Shown in pieces: positions 15,355 through 22,538 of a stretch of DNA of 61,382 nt. Position 1 is the first letter of the stretch. Every line of letters begins with the position of its first letter. A program made the position numbers and the translations under genes. Source of the DNA: a virus; the IMG/VR virus record IMGVR_UViG_3300031673_000041, positions 1 through 61,382 of that record. One strand, 5' to 3'. The notes under the pieces are model-generated. The model ran no database searches and was not told where the DNA came from. It worked only from the letters and a program-made list of their open reading frames with translations.

Positions 15355-16226
15355 TGAAAGAATTTAAAAGTTTTTACAAATCTATAGAACATAGAAAATT
15401 CAATACTTGGTGTAAATATACTAAGAGATTAGACACCTATGGTTGTGGTTGCCAGCACAATTGTAAGTATTGCTATGCAAAAAGCTTATTGAGTTTTAGG
15501 GGTTTGTTTGGTGTTGAGTTGCCAAGGGTTGCAAACATTCATAAAATAAGAAATAAAATTAGAAAATTACCTAAATATGATTTTGTAAAATTGGGTGGTA
15601 TGACAGATTGTTTTCAGCCAATAGAATCACAAGAAAGTGTCACATATAATACAATTTTATTACTTAATCAATATAGAATTAGTTATTTGATTGTAACAAA
15701 AAACAATATGGTTTCAAGTGATTATTACATACAAATTTACGATAAAAACTTAGCACACTTTCAAATAACAATAACAACTACAGACGATAAGAAATGTTTT
15801 GAATATGAAAATGCACCTGGTACGAGTAAAAGAATAAAATCTATTGAAAAATTATATGGCTTAGGTTACGATGTAAGTGTCAGGTTGAGTCCATATCTTG
15901 AACAAAACATAGACTTTAAAACATTAAACAATATAAGGTGTAATAAAATACTTGTAGAGTTTTTGAAGGTTAACTCGTTTATAAGAAAATCTTTTAATAT
16001 AGACTATTCAGAATATACATTGGAATATGGTGGTTATTATCACTTGCCGTTAAAAAAGAAAATTGAACTTGTAAATAAAATAAATGGATTTGAACAATTA
16101 AGCGTTGGTGAATATGTTAAGGATCACCATTTATGGTTTAGAGATAATGTAAATTATAATAAAGGAGATTGTTGTAATCTTGACAGAATATATGAGGCAG
16201 ACAAACAGTTAGCGTTATTTAATTGA
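15354..16226 (+). CDS. radical SAM enzyme, spore-photoproduct-lyase-like (SplB / COG1533 type)
   Basis: TAATG overlap with the methyltransferase gene. YGCGCQHNCKYCYA (CxxxCxxC), GGMTDCFQPIE, YLIVTKNN and ITITTTD...GTSKRIKSIEKL..GYDVSVRLSPY match the family pattern. Confidence 0.7.
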   Translation: MKEFKSFYKSIEHRKFNTWCKYTKRLDTYGCGCQHNCKYCYAKSLLSFRGLFGVELPRVANIHKIRNKIRKLPKYDFVKLGGMTDCFQPIESQESVTYNTILLLNQYRISYLIVTKNNMVSSDYYIQIYDKNLAHFQITITTTDDKKCFEYENAPGTSKRIKSIEKLYGLGYDVSVRLSPYLEQNIDFKTLNNIRCNKILVEFLKVNSFIRKSFNIDYSEYTLEYGGYYHLPLKKKIELVNKINGFEQLSVGEYVKDHHLWFRDNVNYNKGDCCNLDRIYEADKQLALFN

Positions 16227-16241
16227 TTATAAAAATAACAC

Positions 16242-16270
16242 TTGCTTTTTACGATATTAATAATTATATT
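16242..16270 (+). promoter_or_regulatory. sigma70-type promoter, copy 4 of the cassette
   Basis: TTGCTT (16242-16247), 17 nt, TATATT (16265-16270); ATAAAAATAA upstream; AATAAT abuts the -10. Confidence 0.6.
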
Positions 16271-16336
16271 AAATAGAGGTCAAGGACAGAATTTTTATAA
16301 GGACACATTTTGAAATGGAAATTAGATTATTAATAA

Positions 16337-16385
16337 TGCCAAAGTTGATGTTTTTGACCAGAATGTGTCCGCTTTGGCATTTTTG
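16337..16385 (+). terminator. terminator/attenuator-like hairpin in the leader of the replication module
   Basis: TGCCAAAG (16337-16344) pairs with CTTTGGCA (16372-16379), followed by TTTTTGTT; the 27-nt loop is large. Confidence 0.4.
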
Positions 16386-16397
16386 TTGGGAAATTAA

Positions 16398-16631
16398 ATG
16401 AATCAAACTAAAAAGAAGAAATTATATAAAAAACGTAAATTGCATTACCAGCTTTTTGGCGAATCAATGGTTGATAGAGCTATGAAGTATTATGATTTGC
16501 ACAACGGACAATATGGATGCCATAGGTTTGTCGCATCAGAAATCAGGATAAGCAATGTAGAGGCTTGGGAATTAATCCGTATCGGTCTTTGGCGTAGAAA
16601 CAATGATTGGAAAAGAAAGGTCGAAAATTAA
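16398..16631 (+). CDS. hypothetical basic protein (77 aa)
   Basis: first ORF after promoter copy 4; Lys-rich N-terminus; stop overlaps the next start. Confidence 0.55.
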   Translation: MNQTKKKKLYKKRKLHYQLFGESMVDRAMKYYDLHNGQYGCHRFVASEIRISNVEAWELIRIGLWRRNNDWKRKVEN

Positions 16632-17332
16632 TGGCACGCCCACAAAAAGATGGACTTGATTATTTTTCTCTTGATGTGCACAATGATGATAAATTGGATT
16701 TAATAGAAGCAAAATATGGGATTGAAGGTTATGGTATTATTATACGATTATGGAAAAAGATTTACTCAACTGGTTACTGGTATGAATGGACTGAAAATAA
16801 AAAATTACTATTTAAAAAATCAATTAATGTTGATTTGGAATTATTGGACAGTATTATAGACGATGCAATACATTTTAATATATTCGATAAAAAAATGTTT
16901 GAAAATTATCAAATATTAACATCGAATGGAATACAGAAGCGATACCTGGAAGGAATTATTAGAAGAAAAAACAGACGATTTATTAAAGAATATTGTCTTT
17001 TTGATGTTTCCGCATACATAAACTCACAAGATGATAGCATAAACGTTGAAATAGTAAACATTGGTACACAAAGTAAAGTAAAGTATAGTAAAGTAAAAGA
17101 AAGTAAAGGAAAGGAAAGTATAGTAAAACATAAGTATGGCGAATTTAAAAATATTTTACTTACTGACCAAGAACTTGAAAAACTAAATACTGAATACACC
17201 GAAGAAACAACTCTCGAAGCCATTAAATATCTTTCTGAATCTATTGAGATGAAAGGTTACAAATATAAGTCTCATTACCTTGCTATGAAAAAATGGGTGT
17301 TTGATGCGATTAAGAAAAAGGAGCCGTTCTGA
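16631..17332 (+). CDS. replisome organizer, DUF4373 (Lin1244/Lin1753-like N-terminus) / DnaD-type
   Basis: MARPQKDGLDYFSLDVHNDDKLDLIEAKYGIEGYGIIIRLWKKIY matches the DUF4373 N-terminal pattern; TAATG overlap start. Confidence 0.75.
   Translation: MARPQKDGLDYFSLDVHNDDKLDLIEAKYGIEGYGIIIRLWKKIYSTGYWYEWTENKKLLFKKSINVDLELLDSIIDDAIHFNIFDKKMFENYQILTSNGIQKRYLEGIIRRKNRRFIKEYCLFDVSAYINSQDDSINVEIVNIGTQSKVKYSKVKESKGKESIVKHKYGEFKNILLTDQELEKLNTEYTEETTLEAIKYLSESIEMKGYKYKSHYLAMKKWVFDAIKKKEPF
17070..17128. repeat. C-free A/G/T repeat tract inside the replisome-organizer gene (iteron / origin candidate)
   Basis: No C on the + strand for 59 nt. AAGTATAGTAAA occurs twice (17081, 17116). Four to five AGTAAAG-type units are also present. 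Confidence 0.6.
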
Positions 17333-17820
17333 TGACAAAACAAGAATTCCATAATACATTTTCACCAATGGCTTTAATACACTGGAAAAGCATAGAAGCA
17401 ATAAAGAGCCTTGAGCCAGGCTATTACAAAGAACTCAAAGACTTTTCAGTAAATACTTTTTATCATATTATGCAGGAACTATCCCAAAATTACAACCCGA
17501 AAGCATTCCCAACACCAACAGAATTAAAAGCATCTTGTTCTGGGATGGATAGAGAACGCCCCCCAGATACACGGGAAACCTATTTTAATTCTAATGCCTA
17601 TAGGACAACGTGTGATTCATCACCTGCAAGAGAAGCCCACAAGAAATTTATAGAAGATTTAGGGGGAAGGTGTGCAAGGCTTGAAGAAACAGGAAAGCAC
17701 ATCTGTAAGGCAGACATGGGAAAACCAATGATGCAGGCGGGATATATGATTGGTCAAGTTTTAATTGCAAGGCCGTATCAGTTACAGAAAGAATATGAAG
17801 CCAAACACAATGAGGTATGA
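17332..17820 (+). CDS. hypothetical protein (162 aa), replication-module member
   Basis: ATGA overlap with the organizer gene; no motif recognised. Confidence 0.65.
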   Translation: MTKQEFHNTFSPMALIHWKSIEAIKSLEPGYYKELKDFSVNTFYHIMQELSQNYNPKAFPTPTELKASCSGMDRERPPDTRETYFNSNAYRTTCDSSPAREAHKKFIEDLGGRCARLEETGKHICKADMGKPMMQAGYMIGQVLIARPYQLQKEYEAKHNEV

Positions 17821-18075
17821 ATGAACTGCACTATGTGTAATGGAGTGGGGAAAGTTAATATTAAATTTTTTAATGAGAACTGGTATACGAACTTATATTG
17901 TGAATTAGATACTCATAAAAAATATATACCATGTGGTTTTTGCCATGGATCTGGGCGTATCACATTGTGGTACTGTGTAAGTTATTATTTGTATTATTCT
18001 AATTATTATAATGTTAAATTTTTCATATATGATTTATTGATAAACATTAAGGAGTTTTTTAATTGGAGGGTTTGA
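17821..18075 (+). CDS. DnaJ-type zinc-finger protein with aromatic hydrophobic tail
   Basis: CTMCNGVG and CGFCHGSG (CxxCxGxG twice), then TLWYCVSYYLYYSNYYNVKFFIY. Confidence 0.55.
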   Translation: MNCTMCNGVGKVNIKFFNENWYTNLYCELDTHKKYIPCGFCHGSGRITLWYCVSYYLYYSNYYNVKFFIYDLLINIKEFFNWRV

Positions 18076-18084
18076 GTAGAGACT

Positions 18085-18198
18085 ATGCAAAGTTTATTTA
18101 AAGAATATGAGGCGAAGCTGATTGTTGAAAAACATCGTGAAGGAGCGATTGGAGAAATTGATTTACAATTTAACCGAAGTTATGCGAAATTTGAATAA
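18085..18198 (+). CDS. hypothetical protein (37 aa)
   Basis: ATG after GGAGGG; short; weak call. Confidence 0.35.
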   Translation: MQSLFKEYEAKLIVEKHREGAIGEIDLQFNRSYAKFE

Positions 18199-18249
18199 AA
18201 CAAATTACTGGCAACAAATCAAAATAAATGCCAATAATTTGAATTGTGT

Positions 18250-18358
18250 TCTACCATAGCGTAAAAGCTCCCAGTGAATTAGAGTAGATCGTGGACTAAA
18301 CCGGAACGTACCACGGTGAAGGGCCAACATAGAGTCCGGGTGAAGGTTGGATGGTAGA
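18250..18358 (+). ncRNA. candidate structured RNA (three helices plus loop-loop complementarity)
   Basis: P1 pairs TCTACCAT (18250-57) with ATGGTAGA (18351-58). Hairpin A pairs CGTGG with CCACG (18290-94 / 18311-15). Hairpin B pairs CCAAC with GTTGG (18324-28 / 18346-50). Loop A CCGGA (18301-05) is complementary to loop B TCCGG (18335-39). There is no + strand ORF, and the region is more G+C-rich than its flanks. Confidence 0.4.
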
Positions 18359-18496
18359 TTGCATAACATAAAAAGATTGAGAGGATGAAATGGAACAAAC
18401 GGGTTGTGTGATTATCACATATGAAGTATGATCAATCAGATCGATCATGTAAATATGTCGATCATTTAAAGAATTTAAAGATGGGGAGATTAGGTT

Positions 18497-18658
18497 ATGA
18501 TTAATGTAATATCTTTTTGTTTGATAGTAACACAAGTAGCTATAATTTTGTTGGGTATCTGCGTTATAAAAGTTCATAAAGATTTAAAAATATTAAAAGA
18601 TGATTATAATTCCCGTATTATATGTCGATCATTAAAAGGAAAAGAGAAAGGAAAATGA
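18497..18658 (+). CDS. small membrane protein (53 aa)
   Basis: ATG after GGGGAGA; TM MINVISFCLIVTQVAIILLGICVI; below the track cutoff. Confidence 0.5.
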   Translation: MINVISFCLIVTQVAIILLGICVIKVHKDLKILKDDYNSRIICRSLKGKEKGK

Positions 18659-18661
18659 ATC

Positions 18662-18922
18662 ATGAAAACAATACTTGACAAACTGGAATTGGCTGATGGT
18701 CATTTGTTCAGAGTAAATATCGGTGGACAGACTATGGTTGACAACGCAAGGGCGGAACTTGCGGAAGCAATGGAACTACTGATCAAGGGGTATGATGTTC
18801 ATGATGACATTGACCTACTCAAAAAGGAGTACGGGCAAATCAAAAATGTCCCATTCAAAAAAGAAAATACGGCTCGATTGCAGAAATGGGTATACAGTCT
18901 ATTCGGGATTCCGTACCCATGA
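18662..18922 (+). CDS. hypothetical protein (86 aa)
   Basis: ATG 3 nt after the upstream stop. Confidence 0.6.
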   Translation: MKTILDKLELADGHLFRVNIGGQTMVDNARAELAEAMELLIKGYDVHDDIDLLKKEYGQIKNVPFKKENTARLQKWVYSLFGIPYP

Positions 18923-18975
18923 ATACGCCGGCTAAGAAAGGATTTACATAGAAATTGAAAGGAGAGTGTCGGGAG

Positions 18976-19140
18976 ATGGAGAAAGAATTAAAAGAAGCAC
19001 AGCAAATTTTACATGACACATTTGGTGACGATTGGAATGATTTAATGAAGACTATGTACGAACCAAGGGTGCTTGTTGCTATGGTAAAATTTGCACAGTC
19101 AAATGACCGCACGGTGATAAAAGGAGAGCAAGAGAAATGA
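18976..19140 (+). CDS. hypothetical protein (54 aa)
   Basis: internal ATG after AAAGGAGAG; same start cassette as 19294. Confidence 0.55.
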   Translation: MEKELKEAQQILHDTFGDDWNDLMKTMYEPRVLVAMVKFAQSNDRTVIKGEQEK

Positions 19141-19247
19141 GTAATCAAATTTCAGAATTTGTAAATGAGTTTTTTGAAGAATTTATAGAATTTTTAATTG
19201 AGCGGGGATGTGAAAACGAAACAGCAGAGGAAGAAGCAGAAAGATAA
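19137..19247 (+). CDS. hypothetical acidic protein (36 aa)
   Basis: ATGA overlap; short; weak call. Confidence 0.35.
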   Translation: MSNQISEFVNEFFEEFIEFLIERGCENETAEEEAER

Positions 19248-19293
19248 TTACACGAAATTGATCCAGATATTTGATTGAAAGGAGAGTGTCGGG

Positions 19294-19539
19294 ATGGAGA
19301 AAGAATACAGATTTTTGATTATATGGAAAGATTTAGAGGGTAATTGCAAACAAGGAACTGTGCATACTAATTATATGGGGGATTTTTTGGGAAGTGGATT
19401 GTACGCTAACAAAGAAAAAATGCGATTATTCAAATTGTCCATTAATACTCAAACCAGAGAAAAAAAGCAAGGCAAGTGTAGCACCGAGGCTTTAAAAAAG
19501 AAAGGCAGGAGAGAGAATGAAGAAAGAAATGTGTACTAA
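19294..19539 (+). CDS. hypothetical protein (81 aa)
   Basis: SD AAAGGAGAG upstream; start cassette duplicated from 18955-18988. Confidence 0.6.
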   Translation: MEKEYRFLIIWKDLEGNCKQGTVHTNYMGDFLGSGLYANKEKMRLFKLSINTQTREKKQGKCSTEALKKKGRRENEERNVY

Positions 19540-19747
19540 TGACTATGTGCCATATACTGGTTTTTATGATTTGCGCTATTATGAAATTCCTAAAAGAATG
19601 TTCAAGAAATTATGGAAAATACAAGAGATGCTTTATCATATGAACCAGAAAAGGGATTATTATAAAAAATGGCATCCGGCGCAATGGCAAAAGGCACAAT
19701 TACTAAGTGCTGTTTATCAACAAATATTATTTGGATACGCCGGCTAA
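19517..19747 (+). CDS. hypothetical protein (76 aa)
   Basis: SD GGCAGGAGAG upstream. Confidence 0.55.
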   Translation: MKKEMCTNDYVPYTGFYDLRYYEIPKRMFKKLWKIQEMLYHMNQKRDYYKKWHPAQWQKAQLLSAVYQQILFGYAG

Positions 19748-19773
19748 GAATATTTACAATGAAGGGAATAATA

Positions 19774-19944
19774 ATGATAACAGTAAATGACATTAAAGAA
19801 AAAAGAAAGGCAGGAGAGAAGAAAAAACCAAGGAGGTTGAAACAAAAAATCAATAACGTATTTGACGTATTTTTTGAGGGTGTAAGGGTGGGTAAAGAAA
19901 TTGAAAAAAGAAATGAATCACACAGAAAGAAGGAATTAAGATAA
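19774..19944 (+). CDS. hypothetical basic protein (56 aa)
   Basis: internal ATG of track ORF 19669..19944, preceded by GAAGGGA. Confidence 0.5.
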   Translation: MITVNDIKEKRKAGEKKKPRRLKQKINNVFDVFFEGVRVGKEIEKRNESHRKKELR

Positions 19945-20429
19945 TGTGTACTAATATGTTCTGTGCTAACCACAAGTCAAACAATCCTGGATGGGCAAGG
20001 AGGGTTTATGGCAACTGCATAAAGCCGTGGCGCAGAAAATTAGACGGCTGTGAATTAGAAGAGAAATGGGATGCCAGTGCAGGATCTGAAATTGGGTTTG
20101 TAAAAAGTGCAGAGATACTGCCTCTTGATGGGAAATACTACGGAACAAGAGTGGTGGTGAATTTTAAAGATGATGATTCATCTGAAATTAAATTATGGTA
20201 TAATGGAACATTCCATCCAAGCACCAGAGAAATTGAAAGTTATGGGTATACAAAAGAACAATATGATGAAGGCGAAATTGTAGAAGATGGGTGGGGTGGA
20301 CAGTCATCAGTAAAAGATATTATTGAGATATGTGATTCGCATTTTGAAAGTGAGGAAACATTAACGCTGGCTCAATTTATTGTTGGTGCAATAAATGCCA
20401 TTTGTAATTTAAAGGAGGTCAAGCAATGA
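19944..20429 (+). CDS. hypothetical protein (161 aa)
   Basis: TAATG overlap; no motif recognised. Confidence 0.65.
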   Translation: MCTNMFCANHKSNNPGWARRVYGNCIKPWRRKLDGCELEEKWDASAGSEIGFVKSAEILPLDGKYYGTRVVVNFKDDDSSEIKLWYNGTFHPSTREIESYGYTKEQYDEGEIVEDGWGGQSSVKDIIEICDSHFESEETLTLAQFIVGAINAICNLKEVKQ

Positions 20430-20698
20430 AAGGTGAAATAAAAAAACAAATGAAAATACAGATATCAGAAATACCAGAATTATTCAGCCAGTCTAAAGGA
20501 TTAATAACGGGCGGCACGTTGAGCTTAAATGAGCTATCTGATCAAACAGCTATGTTATATCTTTTTATGTTTGAGCAAAATCAAATGCGCAGTTTTCGTT
20601 TATGCTCGGATTCAATGCAAGTTTTATATGATATGGTTGGCGAATATTTAGAACATATAAAGCAAGGGCAGGAGGTCAATAATGAAAAACATATCTGA
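20426..20698 (+). CDS. hypothetical protein (90 aa)
   Basis: ATGA overlap; SD AAGGAGG. Confidence 0.6.
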   Translation: MKGEIKKQMKIQISEIPELFSQSKGLITGGTLSLNELSDQTAMLYLFMFEQNQMRSFRLCSDSMQVLYDMVGEYLEHIKQGQEVNNEKHI

Positions 20699-20861
20699 AA
20701 TAAAAGAAGAAATACTAAAGAAACTGATAGACAGAGCAATGAATGTTGCATATTTTGAAGGACTAAACGATTCAGACAGTGTTTCTTTTGATAAAATTGT
20801 TAATGAGCATAAAAATATTATAATAAATGCGATAAAGGAGGTCAACAATGAAAAAGATTGA
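20682..20861 (+). CDS. hypothetical protein (59 aa)
   Basis: SD GCAGGAGG upstream; below the track cutoff. Confidence 0.5.
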   Translation: MKNISEIKEEILKKLIDRAMNVAYFEGLNDSDSVSFDKIVNEHKNIIINAIKEVNNEKD

Positions 20862-21675
20862 CATACTATTAATCATCTTAATCGCATTTGTGATGATGAT
20901 TGTGTTCTTTGGATTGGCAAGAGGGCAGGGTACGTTCGAATTTGTCAAAGGTCAGAACTACTCTGTAAAGTGGGAGAATATCGATCAAGAGAACAATTTA
21001 TACAATTTAGACCGTGAATTTATTGTTCATTCCTGGAATTATAGTTCAGGCTGGGTCACAAATCGAACCGTAGAATTGTTCATGGTTTTTCCTGCGACTG
21101 TGAATAGCCTTTATTTTGTTACGTCAATATATCCTGATCGGGGAGCCGTAGAATCTGATCCAGCAGATACGGTTTATGTTAATGTGATAGACGGAGATAT
21201 TCCTCCACCTGACGAACCGCCTCCAACTGGTGGCACTCCGATGCCTGATATGGCGAGAGCATGGACAATCCACAATAACGGTCAAGGATGGATTTCGCAG
21301 ACCGAACAACTTAATAACAAAATCTGCCTGACTGGTGATAATGAAATAAGGAAAACATACGAACTTAACGGGGGATCGTACCTTACTCAGATTTCATTTA
21401 TGGGAATTCTCATAAGAACTTTTGGAGCCGAGACAGATACGATCACAAGTATAGACCCAATGGATGTGGAACGTAATCAAAAAACATACAATTTAGATGA
21501 AGGAACTTATGACTTAGTCTATAGAAATCTTGGAGATACTACTTCTCTGGAATATGGCATCCATGCTTACAATAATAATAATTTATTCGACTGGGCGACC
21601 GCTTCTGTAGAGGAATTAAAAACACCGAGAAAAGCTTTGTCACCGAGGTCAACATGGGCAGAGGAAGGAGAATAA
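20848..21675 (+). CDS. secreted or membrane-anchored protein with a Pro-rich linker (275 aa)
   Basis: SD AAGGAGG upstream; N-terminal MKKIDILLIILIAFVMMIVFFGLARGQG; PPPDEPPPTGGTP linker. Confidence 0.7.
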   Translation: MKKIDILLIILIAFVMMIVFFGLARGQGTFEFVKGQNYSVKWENIDQENNLYNLDREFIVHSWNYSSGWVTNRTVELFMVFPATVNSLYFVTSIYPDRGAVESDPADTVYVNVIDGDIPPPDEPPPTGGTPMPDMARAWTIHNNGQGWISQTEQLNNKICLTGDNEIRKTYELNGGSYLTQISFMGILIRTFGAETDTITSIDPMDVERNQKTYNLDEGTYDLVYRNLGDTTSLEYGIHAYNNNNLFDWATASVEELKTPRKALSPRSTWAEEGE

Positions 21676-21679
21676 AGAA

Positions 21680-22237
21680 ATGACAAAAAGACAGGCTGTC
21701 CAAGAAACAAAAAAACATATTAAAATGGTACGGGATACAATTCATAGTTTAATTGTTCGTCTTTTAACTCAAAGCATGGAGCATGATCAAAGCAAATTAA
21801 AGAGTCCAGAGTTTGAAATTTTCCTCAAATACACTCCTAAATTGAGAAATACAACTTATGGATCAGATGAATATAAAATATTTTTGCAAGAAATGAAGCC
21901 AGCACTTGATCATCATTATGAAGTTAATAGGCACCACCCAGAGCATTTTAATAAATATGTTTGTAATGGTTGTTTTAAAGAGTTTCAACTTATGCCAAAT
22001 TATTGTGATGTTTGTGGGTATTCGCAATTTCAGAAAGAATCTGATATGAGCCAAATGAATATGCTTGATTTGATTGAAATGTTCGCAGATTGGTATTCGG
22101 CAACAAAACGTCATGCGGATGGCGATATACGAGAAAGTATTAAGATTAATACTAAACGATTTAGTATCTCAGAGCAACTTGTTTCTATTATGCAGAATAC
22201 AGCCGATTTGTTGGATGATATTAAATTAAATGAATAA
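21680..22237 (+). CDS. HD-like/DUF5662-like protein with an inserted zinc ribbon
   Basis: SD GAAGGAG upstream; MEHDQSKL ... LDHHYEVNRHHPEHF; inserted CNGC...CDVCG. Confidence 0.35.
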   Translation: MTKRQAVQETKKHIKMVRDTIHSLIVRLLTQSMEHDQSKLKSPEFEIFLKYTPKLRNTTYGSDEYKIFLQEMKPALDHHYEVNRHHPEHFNKYVCNGCFKEFQLMPNYCDVCGYSQFQKESDMSQMNMLDLIEMFADWYSATKRHADGDIRESIKINTKRFSISEQLVSIMQNTADLLDDIKLNE

Positions 22238-22334
22238 GTCGAGAAAAAGATGGATTGAGGAAATATAAAATATTTTTGCCCATATTGAAATGTTGGCAAG
22301 AGTGAATAAGATTCATTAAAAGAAAGGGGAGAGA

Positions 22335-22538
22335 ATGAAGATAGAAATAGACAAAGAAGCTTTAAGGTTTGAATTTAAAGATGGTGGGTTGAATTTATTC
22401 TGGAAGGATTTATTTTTAGGAATAGATCATGGCATGGAATTTCAAAAGGAAGTGATGAACGCATTATTTAAAGCATACAATGAATGTGTTCGAGATGATA
22501 TTCAGCCTAATCTTGAGGAAAATGAGGCAGGAGAATGA
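22335..22538 (+). CDS. hypothetical protein (67 aa)
   Basis: SD AAAGGGGAGAG upstream. Confidence 0.6.
   Translation: MKIEIDKEALRFEFKDGGLNLFWKDLFLGIDHGMEFQKEVMNALFKAYNECVRDDIQPNLEENEAGE

Noticed and set aside
22262-22300. Hairpin TTGCC...GGCAA in the 22238-22334 gap as a terminator
   Set aside because: The stem is only 5 bp, the loop is 14 nt and no T-run follows.
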